From assembly GCA_013239625.1 (NCBI GenBank), contig MU053881.1:2976001-3038000 (forward strand): 62,000 nt of DNA. The letters run 5' to 3'. Shown here piece by piece: positions 21,881 to 36,088 of the stretch (positions are counted from its first letter, which is position 1; every line of letters begins with the position of its first letter). Below the pieces are notes generated by a model. The model ran no database searches. It was not told the DNA's origin and was given only the letters and a program-made list of their open reading frames with translations. The DNA comes from Lama guanicoe (lineage: Eukaryota). The translations under genes were made by a program, and so were the position numbers.

Positions 21881-23509
21881 CAAATCCACAGTGAGTCTTT
21901 GGTGGGTCTTTTTCTGTCCCCAGTACCAAGTTTTCTGATCTCATTAGCCCGGGCAATTTCTTTAACAAACTGAGGGCCTCTGTTAAGGATCTAAGCACAT
22001 GCCTCCCTCACTCCTAGGGAAACTGAAGGCCATGGTCCCCGGGCCAGGCCCTGGTCCCCCAGAGGGAGGTCACCGCTGCCTGACTCCGGCCCCACGAGCC
22101 TGCTGTGCACCGGCGCGGTACGGCCTCGCGCGAGCATGATTCCCTTTCCTGGCTCCATCTCCCAGAGAGCCTGCTGCGATCATCTCTGATCTGTAGATGA
22201 GGAAACTGAGGGCCCAGCATCTCCCGCTCCCTCCTCACCTCAGGATGTCTCCCGCTCTCCTGCAACAACCCACACGACATCCTGTAAATAACTGCATGTT
22301 CCCGACACCTCTCCTCCTTCTCCTTGGAAACCTGCTCTCTCTTTGGACTCCGGTTGTTAGATTCCCAGCGTGGCTCACTGCTGAGCGTGGAGGGAGCTAC
22401 AGTGTTGCCTCTGAAAGCCTGGGACGGGCCCTGGCTCCTTCCTTCACCGGCTGGGTGACCTTGGGCAGGTTGCTCCACCTCTCTGAGCCTCAGTTTCCCC
22501 ACCTGAAGCTGGGGCAGGGATGGTGACTAATGTCGTGATGGAGATTAAATGAGGACCTGTAAACAAGGGCCCATCTGAGTGTGGGACACGCTCAGGGTGC
22601 TTCATGAAAGTGAGTCTCCTCTTTTCTTTCTTCTTTCATCAGTTCTCCTCCTAGATGCTTTGGGGTTGGGGTGGGGGGAGGGGCAGTGTCCATACACTGG
22701 GACGCCTGCAGGGCCAGGCAGGTGACAGACAGGGGGCGCTGCTGGGCTCCTTGGGAATGGTCTGGAAAGAAGCCGGCCTCCTGATCAAACCCACACAGAG
22801 CCTTTCCCCTGGGGGGAGCTGGTCACTGGGAGGACGTGACCTGGCTGGTCCAGGGGTCTCTAATGCCCTCTCCTAAGAGCTCCCTTCAACTCAGCTGACC
22901 ACACGTCCCCTAGATTGTAGGATCTACTTACTTAGATTTCCTGCCACCCCAAATTTGCAAATTTATGTCTAATTTCACCAAGTGGAAGGGCTAAGTCAAA
23001 CGTGACCTTACACTGGCTTTCGGTGGATGTTTGGAAGGAAGCAGGAAGGGACTTTACCTGTGGGAAGGGAGGAATCAACATGACCCCTGAGGTTCGGAGT
23101 CTGTGGGATGATGGTACTAACAGACACCGAATTTGCTGAGCTACCGTGTGCCAGCTGCTGTTCTGTGAGATTTATACGTATGACCTTGTTCAAGCTGCAC
23201 AGCCACCTTATGGGATGTTACCGTTATGCCCATCTCACAGATGAGGAAAGAGGCAGAGAGAGGACAGCAGATTTGTCAAGGTCACACAGCAAGAAGATGC
23301 CATTAAGGATTTGCATCCAGGCTGTCTGGTCCTGGAGTCTGCACTCATCCCTCTGCTCTTTTGACACCAGGATGTCTGCACAGGAGATGGGGCTCACTCC
23401 AGGGCTGGGTGCCGGCTGAGGAGACACTTAGGGATTATTCACACGGCCAGCGTGTCACTGACTGCTGCGGCTCAGTCGCCCCGTGTCTCTGTGTAGTTGC
23501 TACGGTAGA

Positions 23510-23857
23510 CAGAAGCTGTCTTGTTTTGTCCTGTAAAGCATCCGAGTATTCCTTTGAGGACCCACCACCCTTCCATTGTTCTCTGGCAGTGTGGTTTGAG
23601 TGGAGTCCTCCAGTCTTCTTTCCCTCAAGCTCTAGGGATTGGTACGTAACCCAGGCCTGGGATTTAGGGATGGATTTGCGACTCAAGATGGTCTGGGGAC
23701 ACTCAGTCCTGCAGCTTGTTTTGGAAATATTAAGAAAATGCTCCTTCCGTTGGAGTTACTGGGCTGAAAAAGAGTGAGCCTGGAGCTGCAGGGTCATGCT
23801 GCAGAAAGAGCTTGCCTAAGGGGGAAGCCAAGCCAGAGAAAAACAGAACTGATAGAC

Positions 23858-23890
<33 letters not shown>

Positions 23891-24052
23891 CGGAGCCTCA
23901 TGACTGAGTGCCTGATTCCTAGATCAAGCCCTTCCTGAAATCTGAAATCTGCCCTTGAATTTTTCAGTTACACAAACTCATACAACCCTTTTTGGTCCTT
24001 AAGCCATTCTGATGAATTTTTCTATCACTTGCATCTAAAATAGGATTGACTG
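23510..24052 (+). mobile_element. MaLR (MLT1-type) solo LTR containing (AG)n
   Basis: GCCTGGAGCTGCAGG, GATCAAGCC...CCTGAA and the end TATCACTTGCATCTAAAA. (AG)13 at 23858-23883. Confidence 0.65.
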
Positions 24053-27000
24053 GCCCTGTGCCAACTACTCCATGTATGTCATTGCATCTAATCCATGAGG
24101 TAGCTGACATGGTGCCCATCATGCAGATGAGGGAACCGAGGCGCAAAGAGATTTATTATATTGGCTGAGGTGTTAGCTGGTACGTGGGATTAGACCTCAG
24201 GCATTTCGACTCTAACTGCACCCTGATCCCTCTGCCGTATGGTGGAAGACTGGTTTTTCCCCCTAAATATCTCCTGTAATCTCTGCTCCCCAGATCTCAT
24301 CCAACTGCTCTCCCGGCTTCTTCTCTGATTCCCTTTAATCCCCACTTCCTCCGGGAAAGAAGCCTTCCCGGCTACACCCTCAGACTAAGCTCTGTTTCCT
24401 GGTGGGCATTTTTATGGCACGATGTACTTTTTCTTCTTAGCTCCACCGAACTTCAGTAATGATTTGTTCCTGGTTTATCTCCTCCACTGGGTGGGAGTCC
24501 CACGGGGGCAGCAATGACGTCTGCTTGGCCATTGCTGCAGCGCCGATGCCTGGCACGGTGCCTGGTCCGTGGTGGGCCCCTGGTGATTGTTTGCTGAAGA
24601 CATGAATCGTGCAGTTTTTCACTCCCACTGTGACCGGGGATCGCTGTGCACCTGTTTGACTCCAGTGTTGTATCACTGCGACCCTGCAAAGTTTGCTTGT
24701 GCTCTGCTCTGCTGAGGGGCACCTGTGATCTCAGATGTTTATGTACCTTTGTGTACATACTAGACAGTGATTTCCTTGAATTCTGCAGTAGGGTCTCCAA
24801 CCATCATCCCTTGAATAGTAGTAATAACAACAACAACAGCATAAGGAATAATAATGAGCACTTACTATCTGCTAGGCACAGCGCTGAGGTTCACACATGC
24901 ATTGCCCCATTTCATCCTTACGTCGACTGTATGCGTGTGAACTGTTATGATCCCATTGTACTTAAGGGCAAACTAAGGCTTAGAGAGGTTGTGTGGCCTC
25001 TTTTGCTTCTCCAGTTTGAGCTGAGGTTCTGTCTCACGCAGTCAAAAGAGAATTTGCTCTTGACTTTAACAGGGGAATGCGGGCTGGGTTGCAAGGCGGC
25101 AGGAGGAGCAGAGGCTGAAGGGGCACTAAGGCCGACCCAGCAGACAGAGGCCTGGCTGTGCTCTGCTGCAAGGAAAAGAGTCTTCACTGTGAAGGTCAGA
25201 GGAGCAGGGCTTGGTGGGAAGAGCTTAGCGATGTTGGAGAAAGGGCGCCAGGCATGACGCTGGAGAGCCTGGGTTCCTCCCCGCCGGCCCCAGCACCTCC
25301 TGGCTGCGTGGCCTGGGGCAAGGCACTGCCCCTTTCTGAGCCCACATTGCAGGGCTGATGCCAACCTTGACGTAACACCTGGAACTTGCCTAGCGAGGGC
25401 CTGACGTGGAGTAACAGGCACCGGGTATGGGGGTGCCAGCCACGCGCCAGGGCTGCTGTAAGTTCTTCATCTGTGTCAATTCAGTGACCCACCCACGAGC
25501 CCCGGGAAGTGTGCCCAGGGTGGCCTCGCTCTGCAGAGGAGGGGCCTGGGTGGGCAGGGCAGCCACGTGCTCGGGGTCACCCAGCACGTGTGATGCAGCT
25601 GGATCTGAGCTCTGGCTGTGTGGTCCCAGACACCACCCCGCTCTTCTCAATAAGTTTGAGCTTAGGTGTCAGTGGGAGGTGGGAGTTGGGTCAGGTGGGT
25701 AGTTGTTTGCTTTGTAGCGTAGCCTCCTTTGGGCTCTGAGTTTCCGCTTTTGTGGTTTACCCTCAAGATTCCAACTCCCCTTCTCCCTGGCGCATCTCAG
25801 GGGCAGTAGACAGACATCTGTCTGCAAAACTGCGGTGGCCTGTGCTGCTGCTGGGGCCCAGAGACAAGCAGGACCCCGTGCCCAGCCCACTCAGCAGGAG
25901 GAGGGGTGCTGGGCCCGGTTTTTCAGCGGTGCCACCAGTGACTTCCGGTGACACCACATGGGGCTGGTGCCAGGTATAGCCCAGAGGTGAGGAGCCCGCC
26001 TGTGCCAGCCTTGCTCGCTGGAGTAGCACCTCCATGGGCTTGTCTCAGCTACATACCACCTCTGCTGTTTACGTAACATCACCCTCTAATTCCACTCACT
26101 TGCAAACATAAAACCCTTCATTGCATTTATTTAAAAAGGAAACCTCATCTTGCCACTTCACAACGGAATCCCAGTGTCACTGGCTGTAATGGAGGGTAAA
26201 GGTGCCCATGCACGTGATGGAAAGGAAATGCGTGCAGATGTCCAGCTCCGTCCAGCTCCGTGCTCTGGGGCTCTGGCGCTGCCCTGAGTCTGGGGCTTGA
26301 ATCTCTCATCAATGAAAGGGAGGGAGCTACTGTTAGACACCCAGCCTGAGACTTACTCATAGACGCAACTGAAACATTGAAAGAGAACCGAAAAGGAGGA
26401 GTAAACTCCTCAGCGGACAACTTGCTCTTTTTTAATTCTTTTGGATTTTTTTGAAGTTTTAATTTTTATCTCAAAGATCATAAAACCAGTCAAGTTCATT
26501 TTGAGCTTGTTTTCTAGGAAATAATAAAATTGAGAAAATATAGCATTCATTCATGAAAACTATGACAGATTTAAATGTACACAAAATTAGAGAGAACCAT
26601 ATGCCCATGATTTGCTCTTTAAGGTGGTACCCACCACACCACCTGCAGTCACCATGGGCCGCAGGCTTCCATGCCCAGGAAGATGCCAGCAGACACCTTA
26701 ACTGCCCACACTGTCTTCTCTGGGGCCACTCTCACTTCCCCTCCATCCTCAGCTCCCCTTGGCCTCAGCTCCTCCAGACCAAGGATACAAAGACCTTGCA
26801 GCATGGTTGCAGGACGCAAGACCCCAGGTCATAATGGCTTTCTTTGTAGCCAAGTGGGAAGGCACTTTGTCTCTTTGACCCTCAGTGTCCCTATCTAGAA
26901 AATGGGGATAACATTTCCTATTTCTGGGGCTGTTTGGGAGATTAAAATGAGATGCTCTGTGTCAGGATGACTTTGCATTGTGCCCGGCACAATGAGCAGG

Positions 27001-28819
27001 GACGCAGCCAACATCCCTTCCTGCCCTTGGATCCGGATCCAATCAAAATTAGGAACTCTGCCTCAATTTTGCCTCAATTTCATTTCCTCTCTCGCAGGCT
27101 CTTTCTTTTCACCTAGAAACCCCGACAGCCTTGGACTCAGATCTTCTCTCCTTCATCCCCTCCAGGGTCAGATCGCCTCTCTGAGCCTCAGTTTGCTGGT
27201 CTTTAAAATGGCAACAGTAGCGGCCACCTCATCAAATTTCTGAATGGGCAAGAAAACACTGTCTCTGGTAAAGTTTTGTCCACGTGCAAAGATTGAGTTT
27301 TATGACTTGCAACCCTCTGGGATGGGAGGGTTATTGGTGTGTTCCTGGGATTGAACTGCCCACACCCTCAGAGGAAATGATCTGAGTTGAGCTCACATGA
27401 AAGACTTCCTAAGTTCACCACAGGCTGTGAGCTGATGCCTCTGTTGAGGGGAATGTCGTGGGCTCCAGCTGAAGCGGCTTCTGTTTTTAGCTGGAACTGT
27501 TGCCTCTGAGTCCCCACCCCCCACCCCATGTGGAAAAAAGAAACGTGGGGCAGAAATAGCCCGTCCCAGGGGCTGCCCATGAGAAGGGCTTATTTTGACT
27601 CAGGATGCTGTAGAAGCTGTGGCAGGCTTGTCAAAATACATCTGCCTCTTCCCGAGCGGCCCACAGATCCCCAGACTCGCGCCAGGACCAGAGCGTGGTT
27701 GCCAGACGTGTACATCTGGGACCAGGCCCCTGGGAGCTGGGGACAGGCCTGGTTTGTTTCCAACAATAACCACCTCCTAAGCACTGGAGGACAAAAAATA
27801 GATCTCTTCTGCCAGTGGCGTGAAGGAACCCACCTGGGTCTCGAGGTTTATTTATCTCAGTGGTCCCTGGGGCTGGGAAAGGACCTGGCAGGGCCTGGGA
27901 ATTGGATGAGGGAGTGTCCACAGCCCTTCTTCTGTGGACCTTACAGAGGAGGCGGCAATGGGGGTTAATATACCCATTTCGCAGGTGGGAAGGCTGAGGC
28001 CCCAGCCACGAAGTGACTTCTGGTGATGAGATCTCACTCCAGCCCCCTGTATCCTCATCTCTAAGCCTTCCCCTGCACCTCCAGATGCTGCTGGCTCTGC
28101 CTGGGGTGCCCTTCCCCCTCTTACAATGGTTCACGACCCAGGACATGCATCTCCTTCTCTGGACAAAGTTGGTCCCTGCCTCATTGGGACTTTCTGTGGG
28201 CTTTGAGGTGGCCTGCCTGGTGACTTGAAACAGCTGCTTGTCTCAGAGAGGGCAGAGGTATCTCCGCAGCACTGTTTACTGAATGAATAAATGGCATGGA
28301 GAGTTTCATCGAGGGCTCCCCAACTCAAACCACAGGGGCAAACTGAGTGCCCCGTTAGGGAAGAGAGGATAGAGGCCCCCTAACCTGAGGATGGCTTCGG
28401 GGAGACAAGAAAACTGGCTCATGGCTCCAGAGTGGTACAGCCACCTGTCCACAGGCTCTTTCCACGCAAGATGCCCCAAACTGGACTCGTTCATCTCCCA
28501 CCAGATCTGCCATAGGTGTCGGCTCTGCCCTGGTCAGGGTGGATGTCCAGATTGGAGTCCAGACTATTCAACCTGTGCCATCTCTTGCCTCCCTCCCTCC
28601 CTCCCTGCTGCCTGTGGATTCCTTAAGCCTCACCAGCTCCCCCTGCACCACAGCCCAGCTTCCTAATATGTTCCCCCACCCCCACCCGGCTCCCTGGGCA
28701 CCATCCTCATTCACACCCCTTGATTGGGGCTGACTCACAGATCCTCTGTGAGCTCAGCTCTGACCACGCAGCGGTGACCCTGCTCCAAACAGTTAGCAAC
28801 TCACTCCTTTCACCGCTGG

Positions 28820-29070
28820 CATTTTTCAAGTGGTTTGTGCAGGTATTCACGGGGGTTCTATCAGTAAGGGAGCTCCCGGTCAAGTAAGTGAGGGTTGCTG
28901 GGCTAATTGAAGTCAAACAGATCTTTCCCCACAGGAACGTTCGGGGCCTTTGATGTGCTATTTGGAATATGACTCTCAGAGAGGCGACATCACGTGTGGC
29001 ACCTCTAGAGCTTATTCGATCGTGGAACCTGTGGATGTGGCACATCCAGGGAAGGGGTGTTCTGAGGGAT
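28820..29070. mobile_element. MER103-like hAT MITE
   Basis: GGTCAAGTAAGTGAGGG...CTGGGCTAATTGAAGTCAAACAG...GCCTTTGATGTGCTA...CTTATTCGATCGTGGAACC resembles MER103 as I recall it. Confidence 0.4.
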
Positions 29071-30927
29071 GTGCTTCGGGAAAGGCCGGTCTGTTGACCA
29101 CAGCTGAAGCGCCTTGCCTTGGCTGTCAAGGTCCTTCACAGTGTGGCCCAAGTGTACCTTTCCAACTGCTGCTCTGGCCAGTCCACTAACACCCAGAAAG
29201 TCCCGGCCAAAGAGAACCCTCAGATGCTCCCCGTGCCTGCTGCAGCTTTCCTGCCTCTGCCTGCCACCCACGCATCCTCCTGCCAGCTCACTCTTTCTGT
29301 CCGTCCAGAGCTGCCTCTTCTTCAAGGCCCAGCCCGAATGTCAGCTCTCCGCAAGCCTTCCCGAGTGCCTGGAGCATGAAGACCTCCGGCCCTCCTCTCA
29401 CCCCATGGCCCAGAAATCTCACTGCCCTTGGGTCATTCTGAGTGTGACGTGATTATAAGAGAATCTTTGAAGCCACTCTAATTTTGCTGAAAAATCATTT
29501 GCAAACTCGAGTATTTGGATCAGCAGTAGTGCACGTCCCTCACTCAGGATGCACGTCTGACACAGCTTGCTGTGGTGGTTGTGGCCGCCATGCAGACAGC
29601 GCGTCCCCCAAGGGCGACATGCGTGTACATGGGGCACTGGGAGCCCTTGATTCATGCGGCAGATGGAAGGCAGGCAGAGCCTCGCTTCTGATGCTCAGTC
29701 ACATATCCATTCTCCCTAAAGGGATGAATTTAACACTCCAGGAGGGGACTCCTGTTTACTGAGAGCCACTGGGTGCAGGGCACTGTCTTTGGTGTTTTAC
29801 ACATGTCATGTCACCTGATGGCCAGAATGGTGCCAGGAGGGAGCTCCCCGGAGGAGCCGAGGCGTGGAGTGTTTGAGGGACCAGCCGGAGCTCACACAGG
29901 CAGAAAGTGACAACTTGGAGACGTGAACCCAGCCGAGGGCAGTGCCAAAGCCTGTCTTCTCTGATGAGGTCCCTAATCAGGATTCACATCAATGGGCTTC
30001 TCTTCCGGGAGCCTCCCTTCATCTCTCGGAGGAGGCTTCCCACACTCAGCCAGACCCCCCCCACCCCAGACAGGGAGCCCCTCCAGGTCAAGCTTTATTT
30101 GTCTTCGCACTAGCATAGGGTTTGGCTGCATGCAGCGGGTCGTGTGCATGAGGTGAGGGATAAATATTTTGAGCGCTAAGGAAGATTCTGGGCTTTTGCG
30201 GGAATATCCTAGGAAGATGCAGGCTGAGGTCAGTGCTCTGATAACCACCCACCATCGTGCATTACTATGGAATGAGCAAGTCCAGCAATCTCTTCCTGGT
30301 TCAAGGGTGGCTGGCCGGCCAGATGACTAAGGGCACCACTTTGAGCAGCAAGCAGCCAACTGGAGGTGGCTGGTGACAACGGACAGGTCAGCCCTACGGA
30401 AACAAGCACACTGACTAACTGCCGTTCTCTGTTGCTACCTGCGGAAAGGTGAGTGTGCTTACACTCTGCACAGCAGCATCAGTTGGCGTGAAAACACACC
30501 AGCATGGTCTCCCTGGCATGTGGAGGAATCCCGAGAAAATGCAGATGAGATCATTGCACGGCTCTGTTTAAAACCTCCCAGTAGCTTGGAATAGAACCGC
30601 CTCACTTAAGATACAGTGCACAATCGTTTCCTGGCTCCCAGGCCCCACTTGAACCGGGCCCCCCTCCCTCTGCCCTCTTGCCCACCACTCTCCCCTCACT
30701 CGCTCCTCTCTGGCCATGTGGACTCTTTGTCCTTGAGCTGCCAAGTCTGTTGCTGCCCCAGGACTTTTGCATTTGCCATTCCCTCTGCCTGAAACACCTC
30801 CCACACCCCCCCCACGTCCTTACCTGACCAGCTCCTTCCTGGTGTTCATGTCTACCTCAAACATCCCCTCCTCTAGGAGACCGCCCCTCTTCCCCCCTAT
30901 CTCAGTTCTGTTTAAATGAGGATGTCA

Positions 30928-31035
30928 GAGGGGAGGGACTATCTCAGTGGTACCGTGCGTGCTTAGCATGCACAAGGTCCCAGGTTCAATCCCCAGTACC
31001 TCCTCTAAAAGAAAGAAAAATAAATAAAAAATTAA
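30928..31035 (+). mobile_element. tRNA-derived SINE (Vic-1-like) with perfect 16-bp TSD
   Basis: A-box/B-box head (CTCAGTGG...GGTTCAATCCCC) and A-rich tail. TTAAATGAGGATGTCA at 30912-30927 and 31036-31051. Confidence 0.92.
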
Positions 31036-32539
31036 TTAAATGAGGATGTCATTTCCTATCTCATTTAATGAGACATTTTGGTTTAATGGTCATCATAGCA
31101 CCCGCCACGATCTGAAATGATTTTATCTTTTTTCTGTTTATATATGTTTGTTCACGGGTGTATGGCTTGTCTCTCCAACTAGAATAAAATCTCCGTGAGG
31201 GCAGGAACCTCCTTGGTTCTGTTTAGTGCTGTGTCCTGTCATTGTAACAGCCATAGCCAGCAGAAGGAGACCAGTCAGAGGGTGGTTTAGAATGCAGGCT
31301 CTGGAGGTGACAGCCAGGATTCAAATCCCAGCCCTGCCACTTACTGGAATGTTACACCCCCACTTTACAGATGAGGAAACTGAGGCACGAGAAGGTTAAG
31401 TAACTGCTCAGGGGCACACAAAGCACTCAGGTGGCCCTGGGGTCTCGGGCCCCATTAGCTGGGGGGCCTGGACAGCATTGGGGTAGAAGCTGGTGACCTG
31501 GGGAGTTTGAAGCCCATGTCCTCACCCTGCTGCCTGCAGCCCCCTTGAGTCACCGCCTCCTTTACTCACCATCGGACATGTCACCGGCCCGCCCCAGGGG
31601 ACCAGAATCTGCACCACGTGGTCCCAGCTCCCTAACCGGACTTTGGTCCCTCTGGTACCTCCTCCACCCTCTGCCAGCCTCGGCTCTGATCTGTGTCACC
31701 TCACTGCACAGAAGCTCTCAAAAGCTCCTCCCTGCTTTCCAGGTGAGGTCCCACCTCCTCCCCACGAGGGCAAGGATCCCTGCAAGTCCGATGCCTGCGG
31801 CCCTCTAGAGTCTCACTCCCCGAAGCCCCCGCCCCGGCCAGCCTGTGGGCTGTTTGAGGGCGGGCCCTGCCTGAATGTCTCTTTGGTCCCAGGACCTGGC
31901 ACTAAGCAAGCACTGATGATGGTTGTTGAATGAATAAGCGGTAATCATCAACCCTGCGAGGCAGTTGCCAGGTAGAGATTGGGAGCAGCGCTGCTGGCAC
32001 CAGTGGCCAGAAAGCTCACTGACCGTGAGATGGCCCAGCCTTGTGGGGCACTGCCAGCCAGGGGGCTGGGGGTCCCAGGCAGGGCTGGTGGCACCCCATC
32101 CTCCACGGCGGTTGTCCGTGACCCTCTCTTTCCCCTACTGACTAGCTGGGCTTTGGGAAGCTGACATTAGCTCTGCAGTCATTGGTACTAAGTAATGGAG
32201 CCTGTCTGCATCTGGGTAAGTTCTGCAGCCCCCGGCTCATGCCCCTCCTGGGGTGGAGGGTCTCAGGCTGAGCATGGCTTCCCACTCTCTCTAATCCTGC
32301 CGTGGACTGAGGTGAGGGCAGAGGACGCCTCTCTGAGGCTCAGGCAGGGTGCTGGGGACTAGCCTCCTGGAGTCTCTGTGACTCTAAGGGGAAGATCACT
32401 GGACTTGGTGTCCTATAGACCTGGGTTCAAATCCTGGCTCCCCAGCTGCAAGTGCAGCGCTGAGCTGGATGTGTATGGCGAGAGGTGGGGTGCAAGAAAG
32501 TGCTTTATCATTGCAAAGGGGCTAATGCAGCTCAGAAGA

Positions 32540-33227
32540 GGTGCAGCCACTATAGAAAACAGTATGGAGATTCCTTAAAGGCTAAAATAGAGTTGCCATA
32601 TGATCCAGCAATCCCATTCCTGGGCATCTATCCAGAGAACACTCTGATTTGAAAAGACACATGCACCGCAGTGTTCACAGCAGCACTATTTACAAGAGCC
32701 AAGACATGGAAGTAACCTAAATGTCCATCAACAGAGGACTGGATAAAGAAGTTTTGATGTATTTATACAATAGAATACTACTCAGCCACAGAAAAGAATA
32801 AATTAATGCCACCTGCAGCAACACGGATAGACCTAGGGATTCTCATAAGACAAATGTCATATGATATCACTTATATGTGGACCCTAAAAAATAATGCAAA
32901 TGAACTTATTTACAAACCAGAAATGGACTCACATAGAAAGCAAACCCATGGTTACCAAAGGGGAAAGGGAAAAGGGGTGGGGAGGGATAAATCAGGAGTT
33001 TGGGATTTGCAGATACAAACTACTATATATGAAATAGATAAAGAACAAGATCCTACTGTACAGCACAGGGAACTTTACCAAATATCTTGGAATAGCCTAT
33101 AATGGAAAAGAAAATGAAAAAGAATATATATGCACATGTATGACTGAATCACTGTGCTGTACACCTGAAATTGACACGATATTGTAAATTCAACTGTGCT
33201 TTAATTAAAAAAAAAAAAGAAAGAAAA
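32540..33227 (+). mobile_element. 5'-truncated LINE-1 (ORF2 end + 3'UTR + polyA)
   Basis: Typical L1 ORF2 C-terminal DNA (GTGCAGCCACTATAGAAAACAGTATGGAG...CCATATGATCCAGCAATCCC), G-rich 3'UTR and A tail. Confidence 0.9.
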
Positions 33228-35973
33228 GGAGCCAGTTGAAGTTTCCCTGGAGCATGCCTTCAGCCCTGGGTCATGGGCACAATCTGGGTGCGGGAAGAGG
33301 AAGCCCCCCGCCCCAAACCCTGCTTCTCAAATTGCCTCAGATGCCGGAGGGCTGGGGAGAGAGAGGGGCCTCATTTCCAAGCGTTTTCCAGGCATAAATG
33401 CGGCTCTCACTCCTCCACACAGCTCTTCCAATCCAACCTGTGCTGGGTTGCCAGAAGAATCTTCCTAAAATACTTCTCACATCACATCCCTCCCCTGCTC
33501 AGAAGCTTCCTACAGTGGCCCCACGTCGCCTGGGATGAGCCCACCTCCTCCGCCGCAGCCAAATCCCCCTGCAGCCTGCATCCCTCTGTTTATATTCTCA
33601 TGGGTCTGGAGTCTCCCTTCTGTGTCCTTGGCATCACTGCCGCCTTGATTCATCTCGATGTCCCCCTAGAGGAGACGTCTCCTCCCGAGCCAGGGCTCAG
33701 AGAGGTGAACCCTCTTCATTTGCCCTTTCTTTCCCTTTGGAGCCGGCAGATCCCTCAGAGATCACTAAATCCACCCTGCTCTCCTTCTGCAGGTGAGGGA
33801 GTTGAGCTTCAGAGGTGGGAACGACCCGCCCAAGGTCACGCAGCTGGAGGGGTCAGAGAAGCCTGGAGCCTGGCTCCCTGGGCTCCTGACCCAGCCCCGG
33901 GGCCTCGTTACCCACTGCGCTGCTGACCAGGTGTGCCCTGGGGCTCCGGAGCCCACAGGCCTGCAGAATTGGCATGTTGTGCTTGTGGAGTCGTGGATTG
34001 GGATTCTGGGGACATGGAATGGCTAGTGCTGGGCCCTGTGCCCGGCCCTGGGGAGGACTGGCCAGGCACCAGGCAAGGCAAGTCTCAAAGCAAAGGCAGG
34101 AGAGAGCCACAGGAGCCGCGTGGCAGGAGGATTGCTCGTCCCCGTCCCCGGCTAAGGTCTGGTCCCTCTGCTTCCAGGAGGGGCAGGGGTGGATAGGGAG
34201 GCAGGGTGCTGGGTCACTCCTGACTGTTGAGGATGAAGTGACAAGTGACTCCCCTCTCCTGTGATGGGGACAACTCATCCCAAGGGCTCTTACAGTCCAG
34301 GAGCCCTGAGAAGATCTCTGGCCTTAGAAGATCAAAGACTTGGGTGTAAGGCATGTCCTACATAATCTGGTCCCTTCCCCAACTCTGCAAATGCACTTTC
34401 TAGTCTCCCCTTTTATATTCATATTTCAGCCTCATGGGGTTTCAATCTGTTCCTCCAGGACTAACAAGTTCATTCCTGCCTCAGGGCCTTTGCATTCACT
34501 ATTTTCCCTGCCTGGGCTGTTCTTCTCCTTTTTCTTCACCTGGCTGGTGGCTTCTCCTTGAGCCAGCAAGACAATTCCAGGCCACCTCCTCAAAGAGGCC
34601 TTTCCTGATTTTCCCACCCCCCTGGTCATGGGTGACAATTTCTCTATTTTATTATTTCTGAGCACTTATTTTCCATGGGGTCATCATCTGCCTGCTTGTG
34701 GATGGTCCTCTCCTACCAGACAGAAGCCCCCAGGCTAGCCCTTATGTGGCCCTGTAACTCCACTGCCTAGTACACAATAGCAGCTCAATAAAGTTTTGTT
34801 GAATGAATAAATGACTGACTCTGCAAGCTGGACACTCACTTTCCTGCTGAAGAAACAGAAACTTCTTGGCTGTCTGTGAATGAGTGCATGTGTGTGACAT
34901 TACACAGCAAGCACACGGATGTGTGTGTGTGTGAGAGAGAGAGAGAAGGAGGGAGGGAGAGAGAACACAGTGTGTGTTCCTGGGGGCCGCTGTTCACAGC
35001 TTGGGGCTCTCTGCCTGGTATTCTGAGGCCTCATCAGGAGCTGAGGAAGGTCAGGTCGTCATAGTGATGCACCCAAGCCTGGCAAGTTCTCCTGAGGCTC
35101 CCGGGAAGGTGGAGACGGAGAGGGAGACTTGGAGGGGGGTGAGAGCCAGGGCAGGCTTGTAATCTGACCAGCTGCCCCTGCCCCCGCTGACTCAGAGACT
35201 GCCTGCCAGACAGCGGGTCACTGATGCCGCCTACCCAGCCCACTGGCTCTCCGGGTCGCTGGCTGGCTGACCCTGCTGGGCTGGGAGGTCCGCCTCTCTC
35301 AGCAGCCTGTTCTCTGGAAAGCCTGCCTCAGCCCTAGTTTAGCATGTGGGCTATTCACTGTTTAGAGCTCTGACTGCTGGTTCCCTGGTTGCGGTAAAGA
35401 GAAGGGTCTTTAAAACCCTCAGACTCGCTGTTTTCCCAGGGCCTCTGGCTCTCATCTCTGGGGCCTCTGGTCCTACTTTCCTCAGTTTCCTCCTCTGTGA
35501 AATGGTTGTCACAAGTCAGATGTGCAGGGAGAGAGTCTAAGAAGGGCAGAGCCAGCAGATGCCCTGACTCGGAAAGGCTGTCTCAGCCCTCGGAAGACCA
35601 GGTCCGTGCTGGGGACACTGGAGAGCCATCTTGCAATTGCAGGTGGGCCACCGAGGCAGAGGCCAGGCGGGGCTGGAGGAGCAGGGCCGGGGAGCCGGGA
35701 AGCACCCACCCCATCCATGGCCATCCTTCCACATGCGCTGAGCATCTGGGGAGATGTTGGGTCGGCAGGATGCTGTGTGGCTTCCCGTGAACTCAGAGAG
35801 GAAGACAGTCAGGTTGTAGGCGGCCCTTTGTGACAGCAGCTGAGAGAAGGGAACGTAGGGGAAGAGCATGGCGTTTGGAATCAAGCTTGGCCCAGGTCTC
35901 TGTGACCTTGAGAAGGTCATTCCCCTTCTCTTGGTTTCCTTTTCTGTAAGATGAGATAATAATAGCTCCCTGG

Positions 35974-36088
35974 GGAGGGGCAGGGTGTGCAGCTCAGTGG
36001 TAGAGTGCTTGCTTGGCGCCCAGGAGGTCCTGGGTTCAATCCCTAGTGCCTTCATTAAGGGGGAAAATTTTTTTAATGCTAAAAAAAA
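35974..36088 (+). mobile_element. tRNA-derived SINE (Vic-1-like) inserted in a MIR
   Basis: GCAGCTCAGTGGTAGAGTGCTTGCTT...GTCCTGGGTTCAATCCCTAGTGCC plus A tail, with MIR core sequence on both sides. Confidence 0.85.

Noticed and set aside
30440..30456. Plus-strand AAG|GTGAGT donor in unique sequence
   Set aside because: No supporting acceptor, ORF or promoter is evident, so it cannot support an antisense exon from sequence alone.
30928..31010. tRNA-like sequences (also at 2.4, 36.0 and 41.7 kb)
   Set aside because: They have A-rich tails (two also with TSDs) and are diverged from one another, so they are tRNA-derived SINEs rather than tRNA genes.
33273..33926. 217-aa ORF (similarly 24646-25257 and 35537-36157)
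   Set aside because: These span L2/MIR/SINE remnants, with no domain similarity and no splice structure.
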